A stretch of DNA of 64,000 nt from Phoronis australis (GCA_002633005.1 NMRA01000424.1:10815-74814); one strand, 5' to 3'; shown: positions 11,063 through 24,629, numbered from the stretch's first letter. The notes: a model not told the origin generated them from the letters alone. Numbers and translations are program-made.

Positions 11063-13371
11063 ATGTCCTGGTGCGGTTTAGTTCGGCGACTTATTCCTCG
11101 CATGTTTATTATTTGCCAAATTCTGAACTGCGCCTCTTCCCTCCCTTATGGCTGTAAAGAAACAAGAACAAGTTTGGACTGTTCTCATACAAGTCTCACA
11201 GAAGTGCCGAAAGATATCGGCAATCATTTCACACAGCTGAACTTCAGTGGGAATCATATCTCCGTAATCCCCGTCTTGGTTTTTAAAAAGATGACAAGGC
11301 TGCGCGTGCTGGACATGTCACACAACCGCTTGCGACGTCTAGACAAGGCGTCTTTTGCCGGGCTGGAGAATCTGGAGGTACTCAACCTGGGCGAGAATGA
11401 GATAAGTTACAATCCAATGAACGGACTGGAAATGTTCGAGCTTGTGAATTTACGTGCTTTAGACATCGGTGGACAGAACGCAGAACATGGATGGTATCCA
11501 AACCGAACGCTGGAGACCCTCTCCAATCTGCAGGTTCTCAAGGTTAACTTAGTAAACCACGCCGCGTTCGGAGAAGAAGTGGGAAACTTGCTCAAACTTC
11601 GGGAAATAGAATTCCGAGAAGGACGTCTATCCCATTTTAACAAAACTCTTTTCAGGGCTTTCAATAATAGCTCTCTCAAATCCGTGCGCTTTACAAGCTG
11701 CAAACCGGAGATCATAGACAATAATGCGTTTGAGTATCTTCGTTTACTGGAGGAACTCGACATTTCCAGAAAATCGTCGTTAACTATGAAAATGATATTG
11801 CCAAGTATATACTCCATCAACCATCCATTAAAGAGGCTATCATTAGATGAAATAAACGGTAATCATTTTCCGTTTGCGTTCACGGAAGATGTTCTTAAAA
11901 AACTGTGTCATTTACGTATCGAATATCTACAACTGAGGCAGGTTACCATTACGGATTTTGCGTGGAATTTGCGCAAGTGTTTGCCCAGACTCAGGTATCT
12001 GTCGTTGAGCAAAAATCCGTTTTTGCTAAATTACGTTGCGTTACGGTTAAATCGTTTTTTCATAATGTGGTTCGATTTCAGGGGACTGCATTATCTTAAG
12101 GAATTGGACATTAGCGGTTATGGTGAGTTAGAAAGTGGCGAAAGGATACGTTTTGAAAAAAGAATGCAAAGATTGACGAGAACTCCAACTCGTACTGGCG
12201 TGCAGGCTGAGGCATTTTTTCTGCCGAGAAACCTCGAATCGTTCATATGTCGGGGAATATTTTACGCGCATTCGTTCACTACAAATGTGATTTTGTCGCC
12301 GAACAAGCTGAAACATGTAGACTTGTCGTGCAACAGATTTAGAGAGTTTCCAGTGACCCGACAGATTATTGGGGCTAACAATGTTGAGTATTTCAACCTG
12401 GCATCTAATGACCTAAGAGAAATCCCAACCGGAATACTTCAGAATATGACTAGTCTCAGAACTCTGATTCTGTCTGACAATTCATTAGCTGATAAGCTTG
12501 CAGCGGATGAATATGGCAGCCTCTTTCAAAATATGACAAGTGTCGTCGAAATTGACCTATCTTATAACGGGATTTATGTTCTTCATAGTAACACTTTTTA
12601 TCACTTAAAGAATGTCAGGAAGATTATTTTACGAAACAACCGTCTGGCCTCCTTACCGTCCCTCAAACACAGTGCTTTGGAGACTTTGGATGTCTCAAAC
12701 AACTTTCTTACGTCCGGCTTCGAGCATACTGAGAATCTGACTGTTCTGAGCTTTGTGGATATGGCGTCAAACAAGATACAGTATCTCAGCAAGGCATTTT
12801 TGGATTCGTTGAACAGGGGAAACGTAACCGTTTTGTTAAGCGGCAACCCGTTCAACTGCTCGAGGTGCGGCATGCTCGTGTTTTTACACTGGCTCGCAGA
12901 CTACGATGACGATCGAAAGGAGGACAAAATTCAAGATTATCGCAAACTTCACTGCCATCGAAAGCCTCGTTTACACCTATCAGACTTCCGATTTGCTGAT
13001 TTGGAAAAGGAATGCACCCCGACTTTGTGGATATGGTTGTCCATAATAACCATGTGCACACTAGCAGTGTTGACAGTGTGCTTTGGAGTTACCTACCACA
13101 AACGCTGGGTCATTCGCTTTTGGCTCGTTCACGCCACCAGGAAGAAGTACAATCGTCTACCAACTACACAGTACACGTACGACGCGTTTCTTTGCCACAG
13201 CAGTGAGGACGTTCGGTGCGTGGAGCGCATGCGCGAAAGACTGGAGAGTGATGAGGGGTCTAGATTAAAGTTATGCCTGTATTACAGGGATTTTCCTTTG
13301 GGTGTCCCTATAATCGAGTGCGTTAACGAAGCCATCGCGGACAGCAGATATATCTTACTGCTTATTACAAA
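11063..13371 (+). CDS. TLR: Toll-like receptor, coding exon 1 (signal peptide, LRRNT, LRRs, LRRCT, TM, TIR N-part)
   Basis: ATG 11063 just after acceptor TTTCAG (11037); many LxxLxLxxNxL repeats; LRRCT NPFNCSRC..W..C..C; TM WIWLSIITMCTLAVLTVCFGV; TIR box1 YDAFLCHS and LCLYYRDF; donor AA|GTGAGT. Confidence 0.95.
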
Positions 13372-14193
13372 GTGAGTATAAGTGTTTTTCTTCGTCAATA
13401 TCATTTTTATTTTTTCAGAATTCCCCCACCAGTTGCTTCTTTATGAAGACACGTTGCACTGATAAGAACCATAAAAAATAACTGCAGGCAGTCCGGTACC
13501 AGAAGTGCGCAGGCCGTTGAGGTGGGCCAGGAGTTTTTCAAAAAGATATTTTGAGTGTTAATATCAGGTTACAGTATTTTACGGAAATAAGTTGCATTTG
13601 GCATAAATGAAAAGTTTAGTCTCTAAAAACAGGTGTGTTTACGTAGCATTCGAAAAATTGTCAATTGCCATCGGAAGAGTCATCTAGTCAGGGACTATAA
13701 TGAGTAAATTCTATAGCAAGTACACACATCGGAACAAACGAATGCAAACTGCTCTCACGCATACGCGGCGCAGCCTCAGCATCCGCGAAGTCGAAGAGCC
13801 AGAGTTCCATAATTTTGCTTAGTGAACTATGCCACTCCTTAGCAAAACGATTTAGCGCCTTGTCCGTGCTCATTAGATTCGAAGTTATCATGCAATTTAT
13901 TGTAGTAATGTCAGTTTTGGCAACGTATTTGGCGGGTTGACTTTATTTTGGAATTAATTGATATACTTAGGCTATCCCCTAAAACTCCGAGGCTATGCGC
14001 ATAGGTTGGCATGGTATATTATTTCCCCGTTCGCAGTATTCAAAATATGTTTTAGATCGTCGAGTTTGCACACTTCGGACTAAGAACTAGTTCCCTGCGA
14101 CACTACGATGACAGTATCACGGTGTGATTAAGTTACAATAAACAGAGCTTACGTATCACAAAAGGATCATAGCGTGTGGGTTTGACAGTAACG

Positions 14194-14430
14194 CAGTGGC
14201 AGATCTACGATTTCAGTAACGGGGGGTTTAGGATTCGAAAGAATCCGAGGCGCGTAGCGCCGAGGAGAAGGAAGGTCGCGAGAGGATTTCCCTCCTCCCG
14301 TGTAAGATTTTTTGGGATTTTTAGTACCTAATTTCGTTTTTCTGGCGATTTTTTCCAGTTTTTATTTTTGATCCTGTCCCGAGGGGGGGTGGTTTAAACC
14401 CCCTGAACCCCCCCTGTAGATCCGCCTCTG
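14194..14430. mobile_element. MITE in TLR intron, 5-bp TSD family
   Basis: TIR CAGTGGCAGATCTAC / GTAGATCCGCCTCTG; perfect TSD TAACG. Confidence 0.9.
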
Positions 14431-14905
14431 TAACGTGTAGACTTTCGCTTTGGTGACTAGGCCAAACATCACTTTTGAGTTTTAGTGCAGTGAAAGCAGG
14501 ATGCGGTGAAAATGTTAAATCGTTCTGGCTTTCAAGGTAAGATTAGTTTGATTAAAAAGTGTGTTGCTTGGAAAAGGATTTCCTCCAAGTTCAAAGAAGT
14601 GGAAAGGAGTTTTAGCATGTCTAAAAATAATTGAAATTGGTCCTTGGAGGATGGCCTTTCCCTACAGTTGCCGTGCATTCGCTAAAAGTGCAGGTCACGC
14701 TTGCCCGTTTAGCAGACTTTGACAGGAGTTTTCAAACTTTCCTCCAAACGTTTGGGGGTTGGCAAGAGTTACAAAACATTATTTTGTTTCGGAGAACTGT
14801 ATGGGAAATCCGTTTCTAATATCTGGGAATAGGCCAATACCGGGTTTGGTGTCCTTTTTATTATAGTGGTCAACAAGCCTACAACTGTATGTGCTCTTAT
14901 TCCAG

Positions 14906-15170
14906 GAATTTCATAAAGAGTCAGTGGTGCATTTACGAATTCTTCATGGCAAAAACAAAAGTGTTCTGCGAAGAAAATCTCAGTCGACTTATCATTGTTG
15001 TGCTGGAGGAATTAACCAACGATGTGTTGCGGACTGCGCCCAGAACTCTTCAGAGTGTCATGAGGGACAATGTGTATTTGGAATGGACAGACGACGTGCA
15101 AGGTCAAGAGCACTTTTGGCAACGCTTGGAAGAATGTCTGGGGACAGAACCACCGGTATACATAACGTAA
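14906..15170 (+). CDS. TLR: Toll-like receptor, coding exon 2 (TIR C-part)
   Basis: Acceptor TCCAG|G, phase-2 join gives ITK-NFIKSQWCIYE..LIIVVLE..YLEW..FWQRL; stop TAA 15168-15170; spliced CDS 2574 nt = 857 aa. Confidence 0.95.
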
Positions 15171-15381
15171 CGAAACACTTATGTATACCACCTGTACAGG
15201 CCGCGACGGGACGGCTGTTATCGTGTCGGAAACGTCGGCACTCCAACTTTACGGAACCCGTACGTTATATATTCTGTGGCAGAAAAAGCCGCTATAACGT
15301 ATATCATGAGGTTACTAACTTATTAGTGGCCGATCCATCGTGACGTAACAACTGCTATGCATACACTGACGGAATCACAGC

Positions 15382-15387
15382 AATAAA
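15382..15387 (+). terminator. Candidate TLR polyadenylation signal
   Basis: AATAAA about 210 nt after the TLR stop. Confidence 0.45.
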
Positions 15388-16701
15388 CACCGTGCGAACA
15401 AATATGATCAGCCGTTGAGGGGGGGGGGGGTATCGCATACATCTAAATCATTGCAGATCATACAGTGTATCCCTGCAATGTCAGTGGCAGTTGATGAAAG
15501 AAGCCAAAGTCCGGCTCAGCAACTAGGGTCTTCCCGTATAGGATATGTTAGGTTAATCCTGATTGGTTAAATTTAAAGCGCGTTCTTATAGTATTTTTAG
15601 AGTGAAATTCTACGGCGACATTTTTCCTTTTATTAACGAGTGTAATTTTGCGGCGAAACTTTTGCCATTTAATATACGCAGGTAATTAAAAGCCTTGTTT
15701 TACGCTGTCGTAATTGACGGCGCAGTGATTCGTAATTGAAGGGCGTAATTTTACGGCGACAGTTTCCCGCCCACGGCCCACATAAACAAACAACGATTCC
15801 GTGGAAGACACCGGCTTCAACTTGTATCCATTTAGCCGAACAACCACAATTGTTTTATTGCATTGTCGTCTGCTCTACTTAAAGTAACAGTAAACGCGCC
15901 TTCCACCAAGAAATAACTTTTGGTTTCGGCCATTTGCCGTCGTAAATCTGAAATTGAATCGTCCTTTAAAGAGATTGGAGACGATTCCTGGGCTTGTACC
16001 ATAGAGTCTCAAGCCTTTGGCTACCAAACTGTCAGACTTTCATTAACCCAGAAATGGTTCTTCGTCTGTGTGAGGGGCAAGTTGAGGCTCGTTTTATAGC
16101 CAGGAGTCCGTAAAGGAAAACACTTCTTAAGCCAGGTTCATGAAACAGGGCACATGGAGTTTTTAACACTGTGAGGTTCTACGTACGTATTCATGGCAAA
16201 CAGCACGATTTTCTTGTTGTTGTCCGTCTTCACTACAATGGCTTCCTCAGAGATACCGTACAACCGTTGTGGACCTAACTCGAGTGTGACTGGATGAATC
16301 GTCTCTCTGTTGGGTTCAACGACGACTTCCTCATCCGGTTGCCTAGTCAGAAAGGCGAAAATAAATCGATGGAGATCAAATAATTTCGATTTGTAGCGGC
16401 TGAATGGAGAAGTTGAACTGTGATCACCTTCAGGATTATTATAAGTCGCGATCACCATTGGTAAATACAATTCACAAGGATTCACTTGACTGACGTTGAT
16501 TTCCATGAGGTCCGTCAACATGTTTTAAGGATGGTCAAACCCTCACGAAGTTGAACCTAGCAAGAATTTTTTCAGCAGAATTGCATTTGTGTTTAGGCCT
16601 ACATTGAGGTTGCGGTCGATCGTGCTTTTATAAAATTGCTGAGCCCGAGTCATAGATCAGCCGCCATCAAAAGGTGGAGCTAGAAGTTGTGTATATAACC
16701 G

Positions 16702-16858
16702 GCATGCGTTCAGTAGACGCTAGGACCTACATGTACGCTAGGACCTAGCTAAAACCTAGTCAAAGTCAGGTGCTCTTATTTAAAATGCACGGCAATAGCT
16801 CACGTAATCTTGTGAAGTTTTGCTTTTTAGCGAGGTCCTAGCGTTACTGAACGGGAGA
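16702..16858. mobile_element. ~160-bp MITE (GCTAGGACCT family), copy 1
   Basis: Inverted ends CGTTCAGTAGACGCTAGGACCT / AGGTCCTAGCGTTACTGAACG; flanked by CCG(G) direct repeats; second copy at 41364-41526. Confidence 0.8.
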
Positions 16859-16863
16859 CCGGT

Positions 16864-17148
16864 CTCGCTGATTCCCTGCGGGCCCTAGCGTGCACGCAGG
16901 TATCGCGCTGTGGCACGCGCTTTAGCATTGGTTGATGTAAGCTGGGCAGTAATTGGTTAGCTTTACAGCTACGTGAAAAGTGGACTACTTTGGACGATTT
17001 TAGCCTTGACATGCAAGTGGCGTAGCAGCAACTATTTCGTTTCTGTAATAATGTTTAATAGCCGCGTGCTTGAAGCACATACATGTACAATAAACACATA
17101 TCTGGCAGATTTAATCGGTGTTATTCATACTGTGTGAATACAGGACAG
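16864..17148. mobile_element. Truncated copy of the ~600-bp CTCGCTGGTTCCCT MITE
   Basis: Aligns with 57102-57400 and with the reverse complement of 19830-20120. Confidence 0.8.
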
Positions 17149-18191
17149 NCACACACACACATCCGATAACCAGGGTAAGGCGGAAGTTTTAGCTCTGTAC
17201 GTGAACCACGCGAGTATTGCGCGCAGATAAAAAACCGACAATATATGAAACAGCAACTGCTTAGGCTATTACCCCCGTCTTGCCCCTACCCTCTGACACA
17301 GCGCCACCTATACTGGAAAGTGGCCCTTTAGAAACATGACGAACGACACACGGTGTGTGGGCATCAATGCGCATGCTTGGTCGGAAGTTTACCAATCACA
17401 TTGCCACTACTTGCACACGCAATTACTTCAGTGATACGCTACTTTTCTTTAACTACATGTATCTAGTGTCACTTGTCCTAGTACCTAATTCATCTTAGCG
17501 TTATTAATTTTCACCAATATTAATTTTTACACCAATCAATGTACCCGTTTTATCCAACCATGATGTGCGGAGTAGCGGGTTTTTTTTCTGTCAATATCAA
17601 GCACACTTCCATCTGATTGGCCATCCAGACCAAATGACAAGAAGGACAACAAAAAATGTTCACACAGAAACAACATACTGAGTTTTTGATTTATTTCAAA
17701 ATATCTCCATCACGCAGTAAAATCCCACCGTGTCAGTAAAAAGGAAATGTCTAGCTGGTACAAAGTTACTGTACGGTACTGGTACATGTACATGCACTCC
17801 ACTTCAGCAAAAGTCAGATTTCAACCAACTCTAATTTAATGCCTCAGTTCACTTGGATCCGACGTTTACTGGCACACACTTATGTTACTAGAATATTTAT
17901 ATTGACAACACCCAGCCACAAAATAAATATTACAAAACACAATGGCCATAAACTCTATTTGCCTTGTCCTGACATTAATATTCTGTAAGTATCAGAATAC
18001 CATAAACAGGACAGAATGCAAAACTGATGTTTTTTTTCAAGTAAGACAATTGCAGATGTTAACAGCGTGCCGTGCTACATAACGTTTTGTCTACAGAAAA
18101 CAACCCATCTATCGTCCCAATATAACATTGTGGGGTGTAGCTCTCTTGGGGTATCCCTTCCTTTGATCCTTCCCTATTCCTAATAACCTGG

Positions 18192-18454
18192 CATGCGCGC
18201 ACCCAGGGGGGGCACGGGGGGCTTGAACGAGTCCCTCCCCCCCCCCATTTGACGAAGTGGGCAAAAAGGTCCGGCCAAGAGAAACAAAAAGTCCCAGAAA
18301 ACGAGACAAAAGTCCACTAAAAAGACGCAGACGCACGGTTCTGAAGATGGTACCCCGTTATTTTTTTAGTCCTCCCGATGTTTTGTCAGCAAAATAAAAT
18401 ATCCACATCAACAGAAATTCGAGCCCCCCATTTTTAATGATGGGTGCGCGCATG
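18192..18454. mobile_element. MITE family CATGCGCGCACCCA, copy 3
   Basis: Perfect 14-bp TIR CATGCGCGCACCCA / TGGGTGCGCGCATG; internal homology to the other two copies; no clear TSD. Confidence 0.85.
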
Positions 18455-19533
18455 TCTATATTAATAAATCTTCGAATTGGTGTCCACTCTGTAAAAATGT
18501 ACAACTATTAAACTTGTGGAAGTAAACTCAAGTAAAAGACCATGAAACATCGACTTAAGTGGGTGTTCTGGGGACCAAATAAAGTCGAACAATATTGTAT
18601 CCCAGTGTGATCGGATTCTCACCCAGAAAATCACTTTGTTTCAATTTCAATTTTTAAACCTCGAAAGACCAAAAAATTGTATCGTTGATTCTGGGTCTAA
18701 TCTTTATGCTGGAAATCAAACTTATATTTTCGATATTTTCTGCTATAACTTAATATAGGCGTTAAAACCCTTTAATTCTGTGAGTTTGTACTTGCAACCC
18801 GGTGTTGTAACCAATATTGGTTCCTAGATACTACACAGTACACACGCATCAGCAAGATGGCGGACCACTCCGCTCAACGAAAACCACGTGACTTCAATTT
18901 ACCTCATTGGTTACAGGGCACTCCCTGAAGGCGATCGAAGAATGGGGCTCCCTCGGGGGCCCTGTCTGAAAGTGGCAGCAAAGAGGAACCTTTTCACGTT
19001 CTTATAGAGGGTCCCACCAGAAGGCATAGTGAGGGCTCCGCTTTTCGGACGCCTTCCTGAGGGCCATCCGTATTAATAGAGGTGGGCCCAAACACTTTTG
19101 AGGCTCCACATTCAATTTCTTCTGTGTATGCCAAATTAACACCCAGCAAAACTTAATTTTTGTAAAACATATCAGTCGTATCCGTCTATCTTAAGCCACG
19201 CAAATTTAGAATAGGAGTTTAGCAGGAAAATCCTAACAGTGTTTTTTGAGACTAATGGATAAATATTAGAACTGGAAAGTTTCTGTGAAATTCACTGGGA
19301 AGTTTTTGAAAACTCGTCCTCCTAAGTTCAAATTAAGTCGATTTGCCACAGCGGAGAAAAAGCAGATTAACGTTGCGAGTCTTCGAAATCTGACGGTTAT
19401 CGCTTAATTATTCGGTCGGGTGAACTGACCATGTTCGCTATTTCAACATTTTCTATAAATGCGACAACGGAATTTCCAGTGCGTAATTATCTGAATTAGT
19501 TAAAACGTTTTAATTTTGTGAACGTGTGAAGAC

Positions 19534-20120
19534 CTTGCTGGTTCCCTGCGTGCCGCTAGGTGGTCAGTATCCAGTACTTAGGTATCACTTATTTTCCTCT
19601 GGAAATTTTTTTACACCGGCGTTTCTGAGTCAAATTCTCAACACGCAGCGCTTTATGCAAACAAACTGGCATCACTGATGGTCTGAAGTGTAAACGTGGT
19701 CTGTTGTACAGACAAATCGGTGCTCAAAATTTATGTTCATGAAATGTGAATCTTAGAAATTGTGGTTGCGCCTCAGTTTTCGGACTGAGTGCATCTTCTA
19801 CTGCCGATGACTTTTGTTTACGATACTGTCCTGCATTCATACAGTATGGAGAATACACTGGTTAAATCGGCCAGATACGTGTTTATTGTACACGTACATG
19901 TATGTGCTTCACACTTTAAGCACGCGGCCACTGCAGAAACGAAATAGTTGCTGCTGCGCCACTTGCATGACAAGGTTAAAAATCGTTTACAGTCCGCCAT
20001 TTTTTCACGTTGCTGTAAAGCTAACCAATGACTGCTGAGCTTACATCAACCAATGCTAAAGCGCGTGCCACTGCGTCAGTGATACCTGCGTGCGGGCTAG
20101 GCACGTAGGGAACCAGCGTG
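19534..20120. mobile_element. ~590-bp non-autonomous DNA transposon with 8-9-bp TSD
   Basis: TIR GCTGGTTCCCTGCGTGCC / GGCACGTAGGGAACCAGC; flanking direct repeat GTGAAGAC (19526-19533, 20122-20129); full inverted copy at 57102-57734. Confidence 0.85.
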
Positions 20121-23014
20121 GGTGAAGACAGGGTCAGTCATTAAGTATGATACACCCTGTGACACAGCGCCACCCTATACTGAGAAGTGGCTCTGTGGAA
20201 ACATGATGAAAGAAAAACGGAATTCCGTGTGTGGATCGACATCAATGTGGATGTCCTTGACGGATGTACATGTATACCGATCACATCGCCACCACTTGCA
20301 CACGCTTTTATGCAATGTAGGGGCTACAATGTATTTCCCTAATAACCGTTTAAAGACATCGTTCTGTGCTAACTAATGTTCCCGTGAAGAGTTTGTACTA
20401 TGAATCAAGAGACTGTGACGTCAACGGCCCAACAAAGGACAAGCATCTTTGTACGTTCTGCATGCACCTCAGTGAGCAAACGAGAATGAACTGTACAGTG
20501 CCTGTGCTCAAAAGAGAGCAGGACACGAAGACACGTCTGACTTTCTCTGTTCCACGAGTAGTACATACTCTCCAAGAGAAAAGTTATTAATATAAGACGT
20601 CTCTACAGGGAAACCATGAATGTACATTTTTTATTAAGGGTAACATAAAATGGTTGCTTTCCCTTTTAAGAAATAGTAAATACTCACATTCGTGCCGTCT
20701 TCCTCTGAACCTTCACTCTCGTCCTTTCATTACTCGCCATGTGCAGATGGAGTACTTGTTTGTCCACGCTTGGATTCTGTCCCCCCTTGGGAAAACTAAA
20801 GACGAACTTGTTACCGTAATGAGCACCGCGGGGCAATGAACTACTTGCTTTTACAAAAATGCTCAACAATTCGAAAAGAAAACATAGATATGATTTCATG
20901 ACCCTTTTTTGCATCTTAAGCGTTTATTGAGTAACAAGCTCTCGTGAACACAGAACCGTGACCGTAATGTTTAACAATTAGTTTGGTTAAAACTGCAAAA
21001 TACACTTGGCGTGTCTCCAGGCTTGCTCAGAATTAGCCATCCAGCTATCTATTTGACTATCGTCAAAGTATACAGCTTCGTACCAAGGCTAGGTCAGAAT
21101 GAACATCAGCTTTCTTAGGTGGGAAGAACCAACCTAAATGAAAAGATGGGCAAAAACAGAAAATTTGAAGGAAGGTTGCGGGAGTGCGGAATGTGGTAGC
21201 AGCGCGCCACCATTGTTACTTGTTGAAATCAAATTTCTCCGGTTATGTTGTATCGGTCGTGAATTCTTTTTTCAGATATTTATATCACTAATAAACAAAT
21301 GAACAAGTAAACAAGTACACCCATTCATTCATGCATGCACTCCTCAGGAGAGACCATTCTCGTATCTTCTGCATGAAGTTAACGTGAACAAGAAACTTTC
21401 CAATTTGCCCGGCCACAGAGAAGCTGTCATACACAATTTTTTATAGGCAATTAATTTTTCAGCAATCCAGTATTCATAAGTTTATGTAACAAACTTGTGG
21501 ATATTAGGCATATTTTTGTGACATCTCTCCTTTAAATGTACCGTTTAGCTCGTAATAGCAAAATGTTAAATTGAAAAGCATGTGTCTGAAAAAGTCCATA
21601 AATAACACATTTGTAAGAACAACAGTTGGGAAGCTGAATGAGACACGTTTGAAGTAATTTTCTGAATTCCTTCCAAAAATCTTATACAGGGCGACATTCC
21701 CAAGAAAGGAGTGACAGCATCTCTAGGAATTTTTGTATGTTTGCCTGTACGTCCAATCGACCTGAAACACAACAAGTCCTCGTTACACGCCTGTTGTTTG
21801 GGTGGTCGAACAAATGATGGCGCTGTGGTGGCCCTTTGCGAATTTTCGCGTCTTCAGTTGGAGCAGTAGCTCTGTGCGCAATCCTTCAGATATTCTGTCG
21901 AAATTTGGTACGCAGATAGATCACCACTCGTATTATGTCAAAAATGAGACAATGTTTCTGGCCGCGACGTACTGGTTTTCGAGTTATTCGCGATTTACCC
22001 GCCCGAGGACCATTTCGTCTAGTGATTGATTTTCTAACGTCGTACCGTATCTCTCAGAGGCGTCCGTTAGTGCAACTTTTTGAACTTATCTTTTCGTTGG
22101 CGAAATCTGTCGCTGCTATTCTAAATATGTCAATTTTAATGGCAATTTCTTAATTGTGACGCCCGTTCCGTCGAGCAATGCCGCCAGCCCCTCCCCTCAC
22201 CCATTAGTGTTATATCCCATATCACTTTTGCTAGTATCCGGTGGATCTTCTTTTTTGAAAAATTTGGGCAACGAAAATTTCAACATTACATTCTCGATTT
22301 TTCCAAAGCTACGCTGACAAGAAAAACTGAGTTTTTTTTTTTGACTAATTTAAAGAGTTCCCACCATGACCATGTGTCTCAAAAAGAATTTTATTAGTGA
22401 GATTTAATAGGCTTTAGTATACCTGTTGCTAAGGAACAACCCAAAATTTAATTTTTTATTTTTTTCGGGGTTGTACGTAATGCCGGCCCCGGGGGGAGAA
22501 GACCGTCTCCGCCGTTGTTATTTTTACCAGTGCGATACTGAGGAGTTGTGAGGATGGCTGCATTTTTCAGACATGAACACATAAGCGGGGTAAAACACAT
22601 CGAAAATGTAAGAGCTCTTTGAAATTATTTTTGTTTATTCTTGTCCATGTCACTGACATTGCGCGGCAAGCCAGGGTGCCAAAGCGCTCGCTGTTTGAAT
22701 GATCCAGCTAATCCGTGGAAAATATTGGACACAGCTGCACCGATCGCAAGACAACATTCATTGAGAGACAAAGTAGACCTATACCAGTAACCAGTCGTAC
22801 ATCTTGGCTTACATATCCACCCTCGAGAACGAAACAGGGCAAATGCAAGAAAATGTAGCTTCTGACATTGCCAGGGTCTCAAGGAATACAAATGCACTGA
22901 GTCATTCGCAGCACATGATACGGTCACGCCTCCACACACGTGATTGATGACATTCCTGCTTACGTAAATACACATTGACCAATGGACGCCCGTACCTGGT
23001 GACCTATTTTGGAT

Positions 23015-23085
23015 CATTCAAAAGGCTCAGCGGAGTAAAATTTTCGCGTGGAGGGTGGATTGTCGATTGCATCGTCTCTAGTTTG
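23015..23085 (+). promoter_or_regulatory. Candidate distal 5' non-coding exon/promoter of GS copy A
   Basis: CpG-rich zone with AP-1 TGAGTCA, E-box CACGTG and CCAAT upstream, Inr-like TCATTC at 23014, donor TTG|GTAAGG at 23086. Confidence 0.3.
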
Positions 23086-23679
23086 GTAAGGCTTAATTAC
23101 TGTTATAATGTATGCCACTAATCAATTAAATTCTAATATAACGAATTTCCGTTTTTTTCATTTTGCATTTTCTCCAGTGTCGCTGGTTATCAGGAAATTG
23201 AAATTCGAGGGTCACATGATAGTTATTTTTATGCGGTTTCCGTACTCGGCCCGACTTGGTAACTTACGCCTGTATACTTATATAGTCTATAAATACGTAC
23301 ACATCTACTCTGCATTGGAGCCGTAAGATTACGCTTTAAAATTGTGTACACTGTTCAGTACGGCAGCTGCATGAAAACCACGTTTCAGTCGTTTAGTGCA
23401 AAATAATTTAGCATAAATTTCCGCCCGGACTTTTTGTGTACCTATGAAAACTGGAAAACTGTCGCCGACTTTACAAAGACAGTGCACTCGTGACCTGGTG
23501 GCTCGCGCACGCGCTTTTTCATGCACTATGGTCAGGGTGGTGGTGGCCTGCCGACAGGTCACCTCAAGCCAAGTCAGGGGCATAGGACGGGGTCAATATC
23601 TTGGTATCGACAGATGTTGACCGTGGGCAAACCTTTAGACTTTCGGAATATCAGTGGCCAGGCACTAGTGTAGTTATAT

Positions 23680-23828
23680 CAGGGACCGATCAAGGATTTT
23701 GGGTTGGTGGGGGCCACTGGGGGGGCAGACTATCAGCAAGATTTTGCACCCCTGAACTTTCAAATGGAATCTGGGAGATTTTTAGGGGGAGCATGGCCCT
23801 CTTGGGCCTCCCTCTAAATCTATCACTG
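23680..23828. mobile_element. Degraded ~150-bp MITE (same family as 39298-39445 and 55809-55961)
   Basis: Shares GGATTTTGGGTTGG..CACCCCTGAAC..TTTTAGGGGG..CCTCTAAATC..CACTG with those copies. Confidence 0.65.
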
Positions 23829-24629
23829 GTTAAGTGTTACATTCATGTATAGTCTGCCTTGTACCATATAAGGGATACTGGTCCTCTTTAGTATTAGGCC
23901 CTGCCACGTAAAATTTAGCATAGCATTTGGTTATTTACCAAAATGCACAATCATCTTTCGGACCGACTCCGCCCCCTACCCTAATTACATAAGTGAGTTT
24001 GGTTATTGAGATTCATTCAGTGTTTGTTATCTATGGTGTCAATTTTTATATCATCCAGTATCGGCCCTCCAGATTCATCACAACTGGGTCATACGCTAGC
24101 ACTGACTGGAGAGATGAATAGTATTATTGTCAGTGCATACCATGTAATATTGAAATCTTTGGTTGCATTGGAAATTGATCCTCATGGCATATGTAGCCCT
24201 CTCTCACCTGAGCTTGAAGGGAAAGGTGTGTGTGTCTGTCTGAAAGGGGATTTTTTTAAGAGAGGGACCCCGTGGTAACACCAATTTGAGGGACTGTGAC
24301 TCAGTAAAAGCAATTCCAAACCTGTAGCTGCTATTTGACCCCAAAATCAAGGCCTCGAAAGCCCTGATTTGTGTAGTATTTTTTGCAAAAGCTTTGTAAA
24401 CCTATTGCTTGAAAATCTTTGTGTGAAACGAATCTAGATTTGCCCTCCACACTTTCTAACTCCCTTGTGAAGGTGCAAAATTTTGTAAAAATGACATCGA
24501 TCCACTTTTGTTTGTACCTTTCTTCTCTTTGATTTATCTATGCTGTATTTTTCCTACAGTCAGTGCGTAGAATGTTGAACATTTGTAGGGCTTAAAGAGC
24601 ACCCCAAATTCCTGTTAAGACTCTAGTAC

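Noticed and set aside
14891-15343. 150-aa ORF overlapping TLR exon 2
   Set aside because: Alternative frame of the TIR exon with a non-ATG start and no recognisable motif.
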